The notes beneath the pieces are model-generated. The model was not told the origin of the DNA and ran no database searches. It saw only the letters and a list, made by a program, of their open reading frames with translations. From assembly GCA_036517115.1 (NCBI GenBank), contig DATDYB010000005.1, forward strand, positions 18,970-82,969: a stretch of 64,000 nucleotides of DNA, read 5' to 3'. Shown piece after piece: positions 1 to 9,659 of this stretch (position 1 is the first letter of the stretch; every line of letters begins with the position of its first letter). The stretch is from Minisyncoccota bacterium. GTDB lineage: Bacteria > Patescibacteriota > Minisyncoccia > Phycocordibacterales > PALSA-1337. The translations under genes were made by a program, and so were the position numbers.

Positions 1-603
1 TAAGGTCAATCGATATCCTGCCTCACCCTTATTCTTGTTCACATACCGGCCGATCTTGAAAATATCGGGATTCTTCCAAAAATAAAAAGTAACGTGCTCG
101 CGGTGTGAGGAGCTCGTGGCCTCTTTCCATGCTTTTTCAAGGGCCTCAAATGAAAAAACTTCCGTATCCATGCCGTCCGGATAGGTATAGGGCTCGAGAT
201 TATTCGATGCGTAGTCAAAATCGTGTTCTTTGTAGAACCTGATCGTCTCGTCAATAACCACCGGATCAATGAACGGGCAGTCTGAAGTCATCCTGACGAT
301 AGTGTCCCCCGTCTTCGCGCCGAACGCTTTCGCCGCGCGATAGTGGCGATCAAGTACGTCATGCTCACTGCCAACGAAACAAGGTTGATGTATCGTCTCA
401 TTGTATTCGATCAATGCTCGATCATTGGGATTTTCCGTAGTAGCAACAATAATTTTTTCTATCTCAGAGCTTTTTCCCACCCGTTCAAGCATGCATTCAA
501 GCATGGTCTTTTGCGGTGCTATCCTAAGCAATACTTTGCCGGGCAGTCTCGTGGAAGAGAGCCTTGCTTGGATAATGGCGATGGTTTTTATTTTTCGCAT
601 CAT
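1..603 (-). CDS. SpsF-like acylneuraminate (nonulosonate) cytidylyltransferase, 3' end runs off the window
   Basis: Not in the ORF track. Manual translation gives MMRKIKTIAIIQARLSSTRLPGKVLL...GSEHDVLDRHY...VRMTSDCPFIDP...YPDGMDTEVF...HREHVT, the SpsF/CTP_transf_3 motifs. Lies downstream of neuB. Confidence 0.88.
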   Translation of the reverse strand, partial: MMRKIKTIAIIQARLSSTRLPGKVLLRIAPQKTMLECMLERVGKSSEIEKIIVATTENPNDRALIEYNETIHQPCFVGSEHDVLDRHYRAAKAFGAKTGDTIVRMTSDCPFIDPVVIDETIRFYKEHDFDYASNNLEPYTYPDGMDTEVFSFEALEKAWKEATSSSHREHVTFYFWKNPDIFKIGRYVNKNKGEAGYRLTL

Positions 604-607
604 GATG

Positions 608-1645
608 TTATGAGCCATTAATCAGGCCCTGCAGCGTATCGAGCTTCTTCTTATGACGTCTCATATCTTTAACGAGCGAGCCTTTGCCGTCCGCGATGCC
701 CACAATGCGGGAAGGCTTTTCAATGTTATCGACAATAATTTCTCCGTATTTGCCTAAAAGACCCATGGAGACCAATGTGATACCTTCATCCTCCATGACC
801 TTCCTGCCCATTGATTGGCCATAATGCAACTTAGTCTCAAGCAGAGCGGAAAAAATATGCTTCTGCGCGATGGAGACATCGGCGCGATATACCGTGTAGG
901 CATTGTTCTTTATCACACTCACAGTAAAACAGCCTTTACCCACGTCAATAAGGATCGCGGGACGACTCTTGTCCATTCCCGTAAGCGTCCGTTCATTAAC
1001 GATACCTTTTTTATCAGCGCACGCAATGACGATAGAAGCGCCATCACATGCGTCCCGAGCACTTTCAACTGCCGTGATCGAAGAAAGAGTATCCTTAGAT
1101 TTTATTTCATTCAAACCGTCGACAATCACTTTAAGTTTCTTTTGATCGGGACGATACGCCCGAATAGCCGCGCCGCGCTCAACAAACTTGAGAGCGATTT
1201 TTGAACCGAGGTTGCCGCAACCCACTACGGCGATGGTCGCACCCCCAATGTCGGCAACAAGCTGTCCGAGGATATAATCAACAGCTTCCATGGTCAAATC
1301 ATTGCCCTTATAAGTAATGATGTTTGATTTGAAAATCTTACTCCTGACTTCTCGTTCGATGTTGCCGGCGTCGTTGTTGCCATAATAGCGTTCTTTTATT
1401 TTTTTCTCCGCGTCTACGAAAACATAATCGACCATTCCGTCAATAATAAGGGCTACGGCGGCAGCGGCGGCTACGTCGCGCACAATTACTCCTGTGTAGA
1501 TGAGTCGTTCGGTTTCCCGGATTGGAATGAGATAATAGCGTTTATTGCCGAATGAGCCGGAAGTATTGCCCACAACGAAGGCGGTGTGTCTGCCCCGCGC
1601 GTCTTTCACGATTTTCTCTATCGCTCTGTTGATTGCTTTTTTCAT
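608..1645 (-). CDS. NAD(P)-binding Rossmann-fold protein in the nonulosonic acid cluster
   Basis: 345 aa with an IAVVGCGNLG dinucleotide-binding motif. Tightly coupled to its neighbours. Confidence 0.65.
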   Translation of the reverse strand: MKKAINRAIEKIVKDARGRHTAFVVGNTSGSFGNKRYYLIPIRETERLIYTGVIVRDVAAAAAVALIIDGMVDYVFVDAEKKIKERYYGNNDAGNIEREVRSKIFKSNIITYKGNDLTMEAVDYILGQLVADIGGATIAVVGCGNLGSKIALKFVERGAAIRAYRPDQKKLKVIVDGLNEIKSKDTLSSITAVESARDACDGASIVIACADKKGIVNERTLTGMDKSRPAILIDVGKGCFTVSVIKNNAYTVYRADVSIAQKHIFSALLETKLHYGQSMGRKVMEDEGITLVSMGLLGKYGEIIVDNIEKPSRIVGIADGKGSLVKDMRRHKKKLDTLQGLINGS

Positions 1646-1647
1646 GA

Positions 1648-4050
1648 CTATATATGATCCCAGGTGAGTGGGTGATCCATTTTTAGGGATTTTTTAGCAT
1701 GTTTACCCACAATGATATCGATGTGTTTCGGCAATATTCCGCCACCAGGACCCTTGATCGAAAGCATGTCTGCGGTGATTTTTTCTCCCCGTTTGATGGC
1801 AACTTTGGCATAGAGGCATTTTTTGAACTTGTTGACGGCCTCAATTTCGCTTCCGACGATGCTTTTTTCACCGCGTCCCTCAATAACCGGTATAAGATTG
1901 CTCAAACGCACCAGCTCCCGCATTTCTTCCACATCTGAAGAAAGGATGTGGTCGGGACCTTCCATAAATCGATCCAGCGTAAAATGCCGTTCGATTACTT
2001 GTGCTCCCTTGGCGATGGCCACGGTGGCGACGGTCAAACCGATGGCATGATCGGAGAGGCCTACGGGCACGCTGAAAACCGTGCGGAGCGTATTCATAAC
2101 CGAAAGATTCATATCGTGCGGAGACGCGGGATATGAGGAAACGCAATGCAGGAGGATGACATTCTTGTTGCCGGTATTTCGTATCGTCTGTATCGCGTCT
2201 TCGATCTGGCCCAGGGTGGACATGCCTGTCGACACGATCATAGGTTTTCCCGTCTCGGCGACCCTTCTTATAAGGGGAAGATTTACCAGGTCCATCGAGG
2301 AAATTTTGTAAAATTTACAGCCGAGCGATTCGAGCAGCTCCACGCTCTCAAGGTCGAATGGGGTCGAGAAAATCTCTATGCCTTTTTCCTCTGCATACGT
2401 GAAAAGTTGTTCATGCTCTTTTCTGCCGAACTCCAGACGATCAAGCATCTCGTACGTCGTCTCCTCAGTATCGACAAGTTTTTCCGCGTACCTGTTACCC
2501 TTCACCTCTTTTGAAATCCGATTCGCAGCCCGATACGTCTGGAATTTCACCGCCGAACAGCCGATTTCTTTCGCACGGTCAATAAGTTCCATGGCAAGCG
2601 GTAGACTGCCGTTGTGATTGAGGCCGATTTCGGCAATAATAAATGCCGGCGCACTGGCGGACACCCTCTTCGCGCCAAGCATGACCTCTTGGTTAAACTC
2701 ATACCACTCGTCTTTTTTTACGAGCTCCCGCTCTTCCTCGGCATCCTCTGAAGTAGCGAGCCGATCGGCAAGATCAAAACCTTTGACATTTAGAATCTGA
2801 AGATCGGCATAGTGAAAATCGCCCCCCGTGCCGATACCGTAGAGCTGTTTAAATGCCGAGAGCTTGCTTCGCACCTCAACAAGTTCTTCTTCGCATTCCT
2901 TGGTAAGAAGCGGGTACACATGTGGGAGAGAGATCATCCGCGTGTCATACACTTCGTTCTTTTTCGCCAGTCCCACAGTGACAAGATCGAGCACGGCGCG
3001 GTCGATGATTTTTTTCTCGTCTGTTTTGTCCAAAGCATCCCCTTTAGTGTACGCGATTTCAAGAGTGAGCACCGTCTTATTCTTTGGAAAGCCCGCGGAG
3101 CAAAATTTCTTCTGTTCGCTCACGCGATGAAAGATGATCTCCGGTGCATCATAATAGAGAAAATTGAACGTATCGGGAATGGCCACAGCTTTTTTAAGCG
3201 CCACGAACACTAATTTCGCTCCGCGATATTTAAGATTGTTTTTTATGCCGACATGTTCCGCCATGATCGGAAACGGGATGGTCGATACTACTCTGTCCGC
3301 AGGGGAAATTGGAATCTTTTCCCCATCGTTAAACATGAGGCTCTGTATAAGCCGATCTGAATGTTCAACACCCGTAAGCGTTTTTTGAAGAACGAGTTTT
3401 CCGCCCGCTTTTTTGAATTGTTCCGCCATCCTTTCAAGAATTCTTCCCGAACCGTACTTACCAACGGCGCTCCATTGGCCCGCATGAAAATGCTCGTCCT
3501 TGGTACGAAAATTTATCCGCTTGGGCGCCCAATTAGCGGTCATTTCTCCAACCGGCACTCCCCATAATTTCTGCGGATAACGGATGAAAAACGTCTCCAT
3601 GAGCGTGGGTCCGACGAGCTCGCGCACATATTCCGAATAATTTTTCGCCTTAGCTCTTTTGGTCTCGTCGAGATGAGCCAGCTCGTACAGAATCTTTTTC
3701 CTTACTTCTTCGGGGAACTTTTTAAGCGAATCGAAGGAAAGCGGATAGTCAAAAAACTGGTCGAACCTGTCCCCTTTGACATTCTTGCCCCAGAATTCGT
3801 TTTGATGGAAAAGGTCACCATATTCTTTCTTCCATATCTCTTCGAGATTTTTGTCAGGCGTATGATAGATGTGGGGGCCGTAATCGAGATTTTTAAATTC
3901 TCCCCAGGTGAAAGAGCCGGCAAGCCCTCCCACGGTCTTTTCCTTTTCGATGACGATGGTTTTAATACCGCGCCGAGCGAGACGGAGTCCTGTGGCAAGC
4001 CCGCTCATTCCCGCTCCGAGTATATATATTGTGCGTGATTTCTTTACCAT
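1648..4050 (-). CDS. neuB: Fusion: FAD-dependent oxidoreductase (HemY/Glf-like) + N-acetylneuraminate-synthase family (NeuB) with C-terminal SAF domain
   Basis: N-terminus has ILGAGMSGLA..IEKEKTVGGLA and DYGPHIY. C-terminal half has FIIAEIGLNHNG, AVKFQT, STPFD, LLHCVSSYP, GLSDH, IERHFTLD, GPDH and an SAF-like tail (KGPGGGI). Confidence 0.88.
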   Translation of the reverse strand: MVKKSRTIYILGAGMSGLATGLRLARRGIKTIVIEKEKTVGGLAGSFTWGEFKNLDYGPHIYHTPDKNLEEIWKKEYGDLFHQNEFWGKNVKGDRFDQFFDYPLSFDSLKKFPEEVRKKILYELAHLDETKRAKAKNYSEYVRELVGPTLMETFFIRYPQKLWGVPVGEMTANWAPKRINFRTKDEHFHAGQWSAVGKYGSGRILERMAEQFKKAGGKLVLQKTLTGVEHSDRLIQSLMFNDGEKIPISPADRVVSTIPFPIMAEHVGIKNNLKYRGAKLVFVALKKAVAIPDTFNFLYYDAPEIIFHRVSEQKKFCSAGFPKNKTVLTLEIAYTKGDALDKTDEKKIIDRAVLDLVTVGLAKKNEVYDTRMISLPHVYPLLTKECEEELVEVRSKLSAFKQLYGIGTGGDFHYADLQILNVKGFDLADRLATSEDAEEERELVKKDEWYEFNQEVMLGAKRVSASAPAFIIAEIGLNHNGSLPLAMELIDRAKEIGCSAVKFQTYRAANRISKEVKGNRYAEKLVDTEETTYEMLDRLEFGRKEHEQLFTYAEEKGIEIFSTPFDLESVELLESLGCKFYKISSMDLVNLPLIRRVAETGKPMIVSTGMSTLGQIEDAIQTIRNTGNKNVILLHCVSSYPASPHDMNLSVMNTLRTVFSVPVGLSDHAIGLTVATVAIAKGAQVIERHFTLDRFMEGPDHILSSDVEEMRELVRLSNLIPVIEGRGEKSIVGSEIEAVNKFKKCLYAKVAIKRGEKITADMLSIKGPGGGILPKHIDIIVGKHAKKSLKMDHPLTWDHI

Positions 4051-4811
4051 ATCGTAAATCCGCCATCCACAAGAATATTCTGTCCCGTAATATATGACGC
4101 GTCAGAAGAGATTAAAAAGCAGATCGTGCCGGTCAAATCGGAAACACCAGCCATTCTTCCCAAAGGCGTTTTGTATTCGTATTTTTCGACGAATGAAGGA
4201 TCCTGACCACTGTATACCCCGCCTGGACTGATCGAATTGACTTGAATGTTATGCTTGGCGAGATAGGCTGCCAGGTATTTGGTAACGTGAATGATCCCCG
4301 CTTTAGTCGCTCCGTATATTTCAGAGCTATTTCTGCCCGAGTCCCCGTAAATCCTAAAATCCGGCGTCGTTATTCCGTAGATGGATCCGAAATTGACAAT
4401 CCGACCGCTTTTTCTTTTGGCCATTCCTTCCGAAAAAACTTGGGAGGAGAGGATGGTGCCTTTGAGATTGATGTCGATGACGTGGTCGAGCTCTTTCTCG
4501 GTCCGCTTTTCAAACGGCGTGTATACACCGACCCCGGCGCAATTTACCAACGCGTCAAGGGGACGCGTCAAACCGCGAGAAACCTTCCTAAGCGACGCGA
4601 GAGCAGTGACATCCATTTCCTTGTACTCGTAATCGGTCAGTTTTTTTTCTTGGAGTTCTTCTTTAAATTCCTTGGGAAACGTGCTCGTGGCATCGGTGAT
4701 ATAGACAAACGCTCCGCTTTCGAGAAGCGCCGTGACCAGGCCTCTGCCGATGTGGCCGCAGGCGCCCGTAATCAGCACGGTTTTCCCTTTCAAATCATAG
4801 GAATTTGACAT
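4044..4811 (-). CDS. Short-chain dehydrogenase/reductase (PtmA/FabG-like)
   Basis: TGACGHIG, NCAG, YGATK (YxxxK), VNSISPGG and ITGQNILVDGG motifs. Confidence 0.9.
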   Translation of the reverse strand: MSNSYDLKGKTVLITGACGHIGRGLVTALLESGAFVYITDATSTFPKEFKEELQEKKLTDYEYKEMDVTALASLRKVSRGLTRPLDALVNCAGVGVYTPFEKRTEKELDHVIDINLKGTILSSQVFSEGMAKRKSGRIVNFGSIYGITTPDFRIYGDSGRNSSEIYGATKAGIIHVTKYLAAYLAKHNIQVNSISPGGVYSGQDPSFVEKYEYKTPLGRMAGVSDLTGTICFLISSDASYITGQNILVDGGFTIW

Positions 4812-4873
4812 TTTTGTATAATATCATCTCATTTAGGAACGCGCAATATTTCCTTTTTACCTCGCGGAAATTG

Positions 4874-5101
4874 CACGCGTATTCCCTAACGAGGTAACGT
4901 TTCACCGCAATATGCAAAAAAGTGTGCGTCATCCCAGTGCCGACATTGCCTAGCCGTTGGGGCTTGGTCCCCACGGTACTGGTGCCTTATGGGACATGCT
5001 CTGAAGAGCGGCAATGTCGGGAGCGGGACGGCCAAGTCTTACCAACTTTTTTGCATATTGCGGTGTGCTTTACTGAATTAACTCGTCAGGGAATACGTGT
5101 G
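4874..5101. mobile_element. MITE-like non-autonomous element, 228 bp, with 24-bp imperfect terminal inverted repeats and 8-bp target-site duplication
   Basis: TIRs CACGCGTATTCCCTAACGAGGTAA (4874-4897) and TTAACTCGTCAGGGAATACGTGTG (5078-5101) match 21/24. GGAAATTG lies directly outside both ends (4866-4873, 5102-5109). Internal perfect 21-bp IR at 4903-4923/5045-5065. Confidence 0.75.
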
Positions 5102-5115
5102 GGAAATTGCCTCCA

Positions 5116-6945
5116 CTATTTGATATTGTGCGTATTCCAGAAATATGAATTTTTATCCCGAAGCAGGTCCGCCGGAACGCCTGTCTCAATAATTTTTCCC
5201 TTATCAAGGACGACGATCCTGTCGGTGTTCATGATGGTACTAAGCCGGTGAGCAATGATAATGACGGTAAGCTTGCCGCGCAGATCCTCGATGACCTTTT
5301 GAATTTTTGACTCCGACTCGTTGTCGAGCGCGCTCGTCGCTTCGTCAAAGACCAGTATAGCCGGATTCCGAGCAAGCGCCCGAGCGATGACGATGCGTTG
5401 CCGTTGCCCTTGGGAAAGGGTGACGCCTCGTTCGCCGATCACAGTGTCATATCCTTGCGGCAAATCGGCGACGAAATCATCGATGTATGCCGCTCGCGCC
5501 GAATGTTTGATCCTCTCGTCGGTAATGGCTTCATCGTAGAAACGGATATTACTCGCGATGGTATCGTTCATCAGAAAAATATCCTGCGGCACATAACCGA
5601 TATTTTTTCTCCACAAAGAAAGATCGATTCCGTCCGCGGTACTGCCGTCAACCATGAGCCGACCTGCCTGGGGAGTAAAGAGACGCAACAAGATGTCGAC
5701 GAGTGTCGTCTTGCCTCCGCCGGATGGGCCGATGAGACCGATCATTTCGCCTCGTTTGACTGAAAATGTCACGTCGTCGAGCACTTTCCGCGAATCATCA
5801 TAGTCAAAACAAAGGTGATCGAACCGAATCTCTTTCTCGAACCTGAACAGAGCTTTTCCGTCCCTGTTTTCGGCCGCTTTTTTCGAGTTTTCGGTGAATT
5901 CCAAAATGGCCTTGAAGTATGGATAAGAATCATTGATGACGTGGATATGCCGTTGAAACTTCTGCACATAGAGAAAAATTTGCTGGATGAGATACACGGT
6001 CGCCGCCATAGCGGCCAGATTGAAATTCGGCGTCTTGTAGGCAAAAGCGAATATACCCATCACGAATATGAGTCCGAGGGGCTGCATCAAGGAAGGCGGT
6101 AACACTTTCAAAAGGGAGGCCTTGATCTTATAGAGCTTGAGGGTGTTGAAATACGAATAATCTTTGGCGATGATATTCTCTTCCACCCCCATGGACTTCA
6201 ACGTTTTCATACCGAGAATATTTTCGCTGATATGGTGCGCGATGTCACGATTCACCGCTTCCGCTTGTCTCGCGATCCGGCGAGTTCGAACGAGCAGCGG
6301 TTTAGCCACGAAAAGAAACAACACTCCGACCATGATGGTAAGCACGGTGATTGGAAAAGAAATATTGATCGCGACCGCGCTGTACATGATGAGGCTTGCG
6401 ACGACGACGATCAGCGCGCCGAAGTTGTTAAGCAGTAACTCGCAATACTCAATGTTGGTGAGCACCATGGTGTTCAAATGCCCGAGCCGCTCTCGGAGGA
6501 GGTACGGCCAGCCGGCTTTCATGGTGTGGCGAAGGACCCTCCGTCGTGTCTTTTCCGTATAATCCGCGGTGATTTTTATGGAGATATAATCCGCGAACAC
6601 CACCATGAACGTTTTCATCACGAACAACAAGACAACGAGGATAAGCAGATACTTGAGGCGGAATTCGATATTAAAGTATTCGAACGCCTGAACAATGGTT
6701 TTTGAAATCACGTCGTCGCCACTGTTGCCGTTTCCACTGATGAATGAAAAAATTGGAATAAACGCATTAATACCGATGCCCTCTAAGAGCGCGCTAAAAA
6801 ACCCGGCGACCGCGAGCAGCGTGATTTTCCATTTATACTCTCCGAAGCCTTTATGGAAGGACTTTAAAAATGCGAAAAAATTGGTGCGCTTGAAATATGC
6901 GATCAACATGATGTCGATAATACCCCGCTTAATCTTATTTGTCAA
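5116..6945 (-). CDS. ABC transporter permease/ATPase (MsbA/PglK-like glycan exporter)
   Basis: N-terminal TM helices, Walker A GPSGGGKTT, signature LSQGQRQR, Walker B LVFDEATSALD and IAHRLSTI. The true start may be the ATG at 6909. Confidence 0.9.
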   Translation of the reverse strand: MTNKIKRGIIDIMLIAYFKRTNFFAFLKSFHKGFGEYKWKITLLAVAGFFSALLEGIGINAFIPIFSFISGNGNSGDDVISKTIVQAFEYFNIEFRLKYLLILVVLLFVMKTFMVVFADYISIKITADYTEKTRRRVLRHTMKAGWPYLLRERLGHLNTMVLTNIEYCELLLNNFGALIVVVASLIMYSAVAINISFPITVLTIMVGVLFLFVAKPLLVRTRRIARQAEAVNRDIAHHISENILGMKTLKSMGVEENIIAKDYSYFNTLKLYKIKASLLKVLPPSLMQPLGLIFVMGIFAFAYKTPNFNLAAMAATVYLIQQIFLYVQKFQRHIHVINDSYPYFKAILEFTENSKKAAENRDGKALFRFEKEIRFDHLCFDYDDSRKVLDDVTFSVKRGEMIGLIGPSGGGKTTLVDILLRLFTPQAGRLMVDGSTADGIDLSLWRKNIGYVPQDIFLMNDTIASNIRFYDEAITDERIKHSARAAYIDDFVADLPQGYDTVIGERGVTLSQGQRQRIVIARALARNPAILVFDEATSALDNESESKIQKVIEDLRGKLTVIIIAHRLSTIMNTDRIVVLDKGKIIETGVPADLLRDKNSYFWNTHNIK

Positions 6946-6983
6946 ACCTAAACTTTGAATTCTGGCCTGAGGTGCAACGCACC

Positions 6984-7976
6984 CTAGCGAACGCTCATCC
7001 TGCTTACGTTATCCCCCATGAGCGTCTCGTGAATATGCCGCCATTTCGCGTCATAAGGGAAATCGTACGCGCTCAACATTTCGTTTTTCTCCCGACGGTG
7101 CTCGGCATTCGAACTGAAAAAATGGGTATCGCTGAACGATTGCATGAATTCAAAATAATCGGCGATAATATTCTTTGATGTTTCTACCAGGGAGTGAGTG
7201 TTGATGAACAGTTCGATATGTCCGTATCGTGGCAATCCTGATTTCAGAAAACGCTGATAGTTTTTGAAACTGACAAAAATGATATATTTCCCGCCCTCAT
7301 CGAGGGATCGCAATTCCTCCAAAGACTCGAGGTACACCAGACCGTATCCTTTAGCCGATCGCGAATTCGATAGATATGTCATGGCTACGGAAAGCGTTTC
7401 AAACAAGTCAATAATAAAATATCTCGAGGTGTTGTTATTGAGCAGAAAAAATTCGCACATACCTCCATACCCTCCCCCGATCTCGCAAACATTCTTAATA
7501 GTGTCGGAAGCGGCGTGTGAAGCTATGAAATTGTTGAATATGGCATATTTTCTGATGTTAGCGTTAAAAAAGAATATGCTTGTCCCTTCCCGTTCCTTTC
7601 TTCGGAAAGAGTAATAGAACTCTGAATGGACGGGGTCAAACGCCGGAAACCGGAGACCCGAGTCGCATAAGAGATCGAAATCTCTGCGGAAGGCGGATGC
7701 TTGCTTTTTCTCCAGCAGCGATATTTTTGGCCATAGATATTTTTTTAAAAAGAATCCGACATGCAAAGTATCGTACGGGTAGGGCCTCGGTCTAAGGTTT
7801 TTTTCAGGCGGTTCAATAAGCCCTGCGCGAAAACTATTGTTATAAAAATGGAGCAGATCGGCAAGATCATGTCTGTCCGCTTGACGCGGATCCCACGTGC
7901 CAGTGTTGCTGAGATCCAGTTCGCCATCATATTTTTTTTCTATGAACGCATGAACGATGTCGGCAGTAATTTTCAT
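6984..7976 (-). CDS. Putative sugar O-methyltransferase
   Basis: SAM-binding motif VCEIGGGYGGM, YFIIDL and LFINTHSLVE. Glycan-locus context. Confidence 0.7.
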   Translation of the reverse strand: MKITADIVHAFIEKKYDGELDLSNTGTWDPRQADRHDLADLLHFYNNSFRAGLIEPPEKNLRPRPYPYDTLHVGFFLKKYLWPKISLLEKKQASAFRRDFDLLCDSGLRFPAFDPVHSEFYYSFRRKEREGTSIFFFNANIRKYAIFNNFIASHAASDTIKNVCEIGGGYGGMCEFFLLNNNTSRYFIIDLFETLSVAMTYLSNSRSAKGYGLVYLESLEELRSLDEGGKYIIFVSFKNYQRFLKSGLPRYGHIELFINTHSLVETSKNIIADYFEFMQSFSDTHFFSSNAEHRREKNEMLSAYDFPYDAKWRHIHETLMGDNVSRMSVR

Positions 7977-8062
7977 AAAAATTTCGAGTATCTTAAATTA
8001 TAGCATTACGTTATCGCTCCATGCAATTTTCCCTTACGCATGGATTTTGTCATGATACGAAA

Positions 8063-8099
8063 CATAAAATGTTGAACACCGAGTGTTCAACATTTTATG
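8063..8099. repeat. Perfect 17-bp inverted repeat (3-nt loop) in a divergent intergenic region
   Basis: CATAAAATGTTGAACAC-CGA-GTGTTCAACATTTTATG. The core recurs at 22978-23001 and 43430-43453. Confidence 0.85.
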
Positions 8100-8141
8100 A
8101 ATATTTGGCAGATATGGCTTCAGTTGCTATGATGCTTGCAT

Positions 8142-9659
8142 ATGAAAATATGCTTCTTTTTACAGAGACGCTTCGCGTCGATCGGACACGCGCTCGCGTG
8201 CAACCTGAAAGAGCGTCATGGCATCAAAGATTTCTGCGCCTATGTCAGTATGCGAGAGAGCTATGAATTTCTGACCAACCAGACGGACATCGCCTACACC
8301 TCACTCCTCTCCGACGAAGATATTCACAAAAAAATGAAAGACGAAAAACTCGATATGGAGTATCTCAAGAACCTCGAACGAGAATATGGAAACCCCAATC
8401 TGTGGCCGTATCTTTTCATCGACCGAATCGTCATGCACGGCCAGCTTATCCGCGAATACCCACACGACCGGCCGCTCTACACCGAGGAAGAAATGCTTCG
8501 ACTTCTCCAAGTTACCGCCAAGGAGATTATCGGCTTTCTCGATCGGGAGAAACCGGACGTGCTCGTTATCTCCGTAGTGGCTTCCCTTGGAAGCTCACTC
8601 CTCTATTTCATCGCTCAAAAGAAAGGCATAAAAACCATTAACCTTGAACAAACAAGGATCGGCAATCGCATCGCTCTTTCGGAGAGTTATAAAAATTTCA
8701 CCTGGGCGACCAAACGCGCTCGCAATAGAGAAGTGATCTTCGCGCCGTCAGTTATGAAAGACGCCCGCGCGTACATAGAACGGTTCCGCGCCAAACCGAC
8801 CGCATACAACTCGGTATACGATCCCGAAAAGAATCAGGTCAACCGCCGCTCGCAACTGCGATTTCTCCGCCCCGCCAATCTAGCATGGAGCATACTCTGG
8901 CACGCCAAGGAACTGTATCGCGATATCCGAAAAAAAAATCGCGATTTCGACGATGTGCGAATATGGTGGCTCCTGTGGGACAAAGTCAAACGCAAGGCAA
9001 GGACGATGCGCGGATATAACGACCTCTACAGCAGTGTTGATTGGAATAAGCCGTTCGCCTTTTATCCACTACATGTTGATCCTGAAATGGCCACCATGCT
9101 GCTCGCTCCGTGCTACACTAATCAGCCGGAGCTCATCCGCCAGATCGCTAGGGCGCTCCCTGTCGGCTACACGCTCTATGTTAAAGAGCATGTGGTGATG
9201 TCAGGATATCGGCCACGCTCCTATTACAGAGATATCGTCAAAATTCCAAACGTAAAACTGGTGCATCCGGCAGTGCGGGGATTTGATCTCGCCAAGGCGG
9301 CGAACATCGTTGTTACGATTTCAGGCACGGCCGGTTTCGAGGCCGTGATACTCGGCAACCCAACAATCACCTTCGGCGAAATATTTTATAATGACCTCTC
9401 ATTCGTCAAGCGGATCCGAAGCATCGAAGAACTTCCTTTCGTCATACGAGATCAGCTGAATCATTTCAAATGCGATGAAGAGGAGCTGACGCGGTATGTC
9501 GCGGCGCTTTTTGAAGAGTCCGTTGATGTTGACTATATGGACTTATGGCTCAACGCGAAATCAGATGAGGAGATCAGGCGCAATGCGGGAATAACGCGGT
9601 TGGCCGATTTATTGGCTAAGAAAATACTTGCGGTGACGGACAATACAACTAAATTATGA
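8142..9659 (+). CDS. KpsS/LipB-like capsule-synthesis family protein (candidate CMP-ulosonate transferase)
   Basis: FYPLHVDPE, LYVKEH and VVTISGTAGFEA motifs typical of the Capsule_synth family. ATG at 8142. Confidence 0.7.
   Translation: MKICFFLQRRFASIGHALACNLKERHGIKDFCAYVSMRESYEFLTNQTDIAYTSLLSDEDIHKKMKDEKLDMEYLKNLEREYGNPNLWPYLFIDRIVMHGQLIREYPHDRPLYTEEEMLRLLQVTAKEIIGFLDREKPDVLVISVVASLGSSLLYFIAQKKGIKTINLEQTRIGNRIALSESYKNFTWATKRARNREVIFAPSVMKDARAYIERFRAKPTAYNSVYDPEKNQVNRRSQLRFLRPANLAWSILWHAKELYRDIRKKNRDFDDVRIWWLLWDKVKRKARTMRGYNDLYSSVDWNKPFAFYPLHVDPEMATMLLAPCYTNQPELIRQIARALPVGYTLYVKEHVVMSGYRPRSYYRDIVKIPNVKLVHPAVRGFDLAKAANIVVTISGTAGFEAVILGNPTITFGEIFYNDLSFVKRIRSIEELPFVIRDQLNHFKCDEEELTRYVAALFEESVDVDYMDLWLNAKSDEEIRRNAGITRLADLLAKKILAVTDNTTKL

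Noticed and set aside
4922-5251. 109-aa plus-strand ORF across the MITE
   Set aside because: No transposase motifs. It is a chance frame overlapping the ABC transporter antisense.
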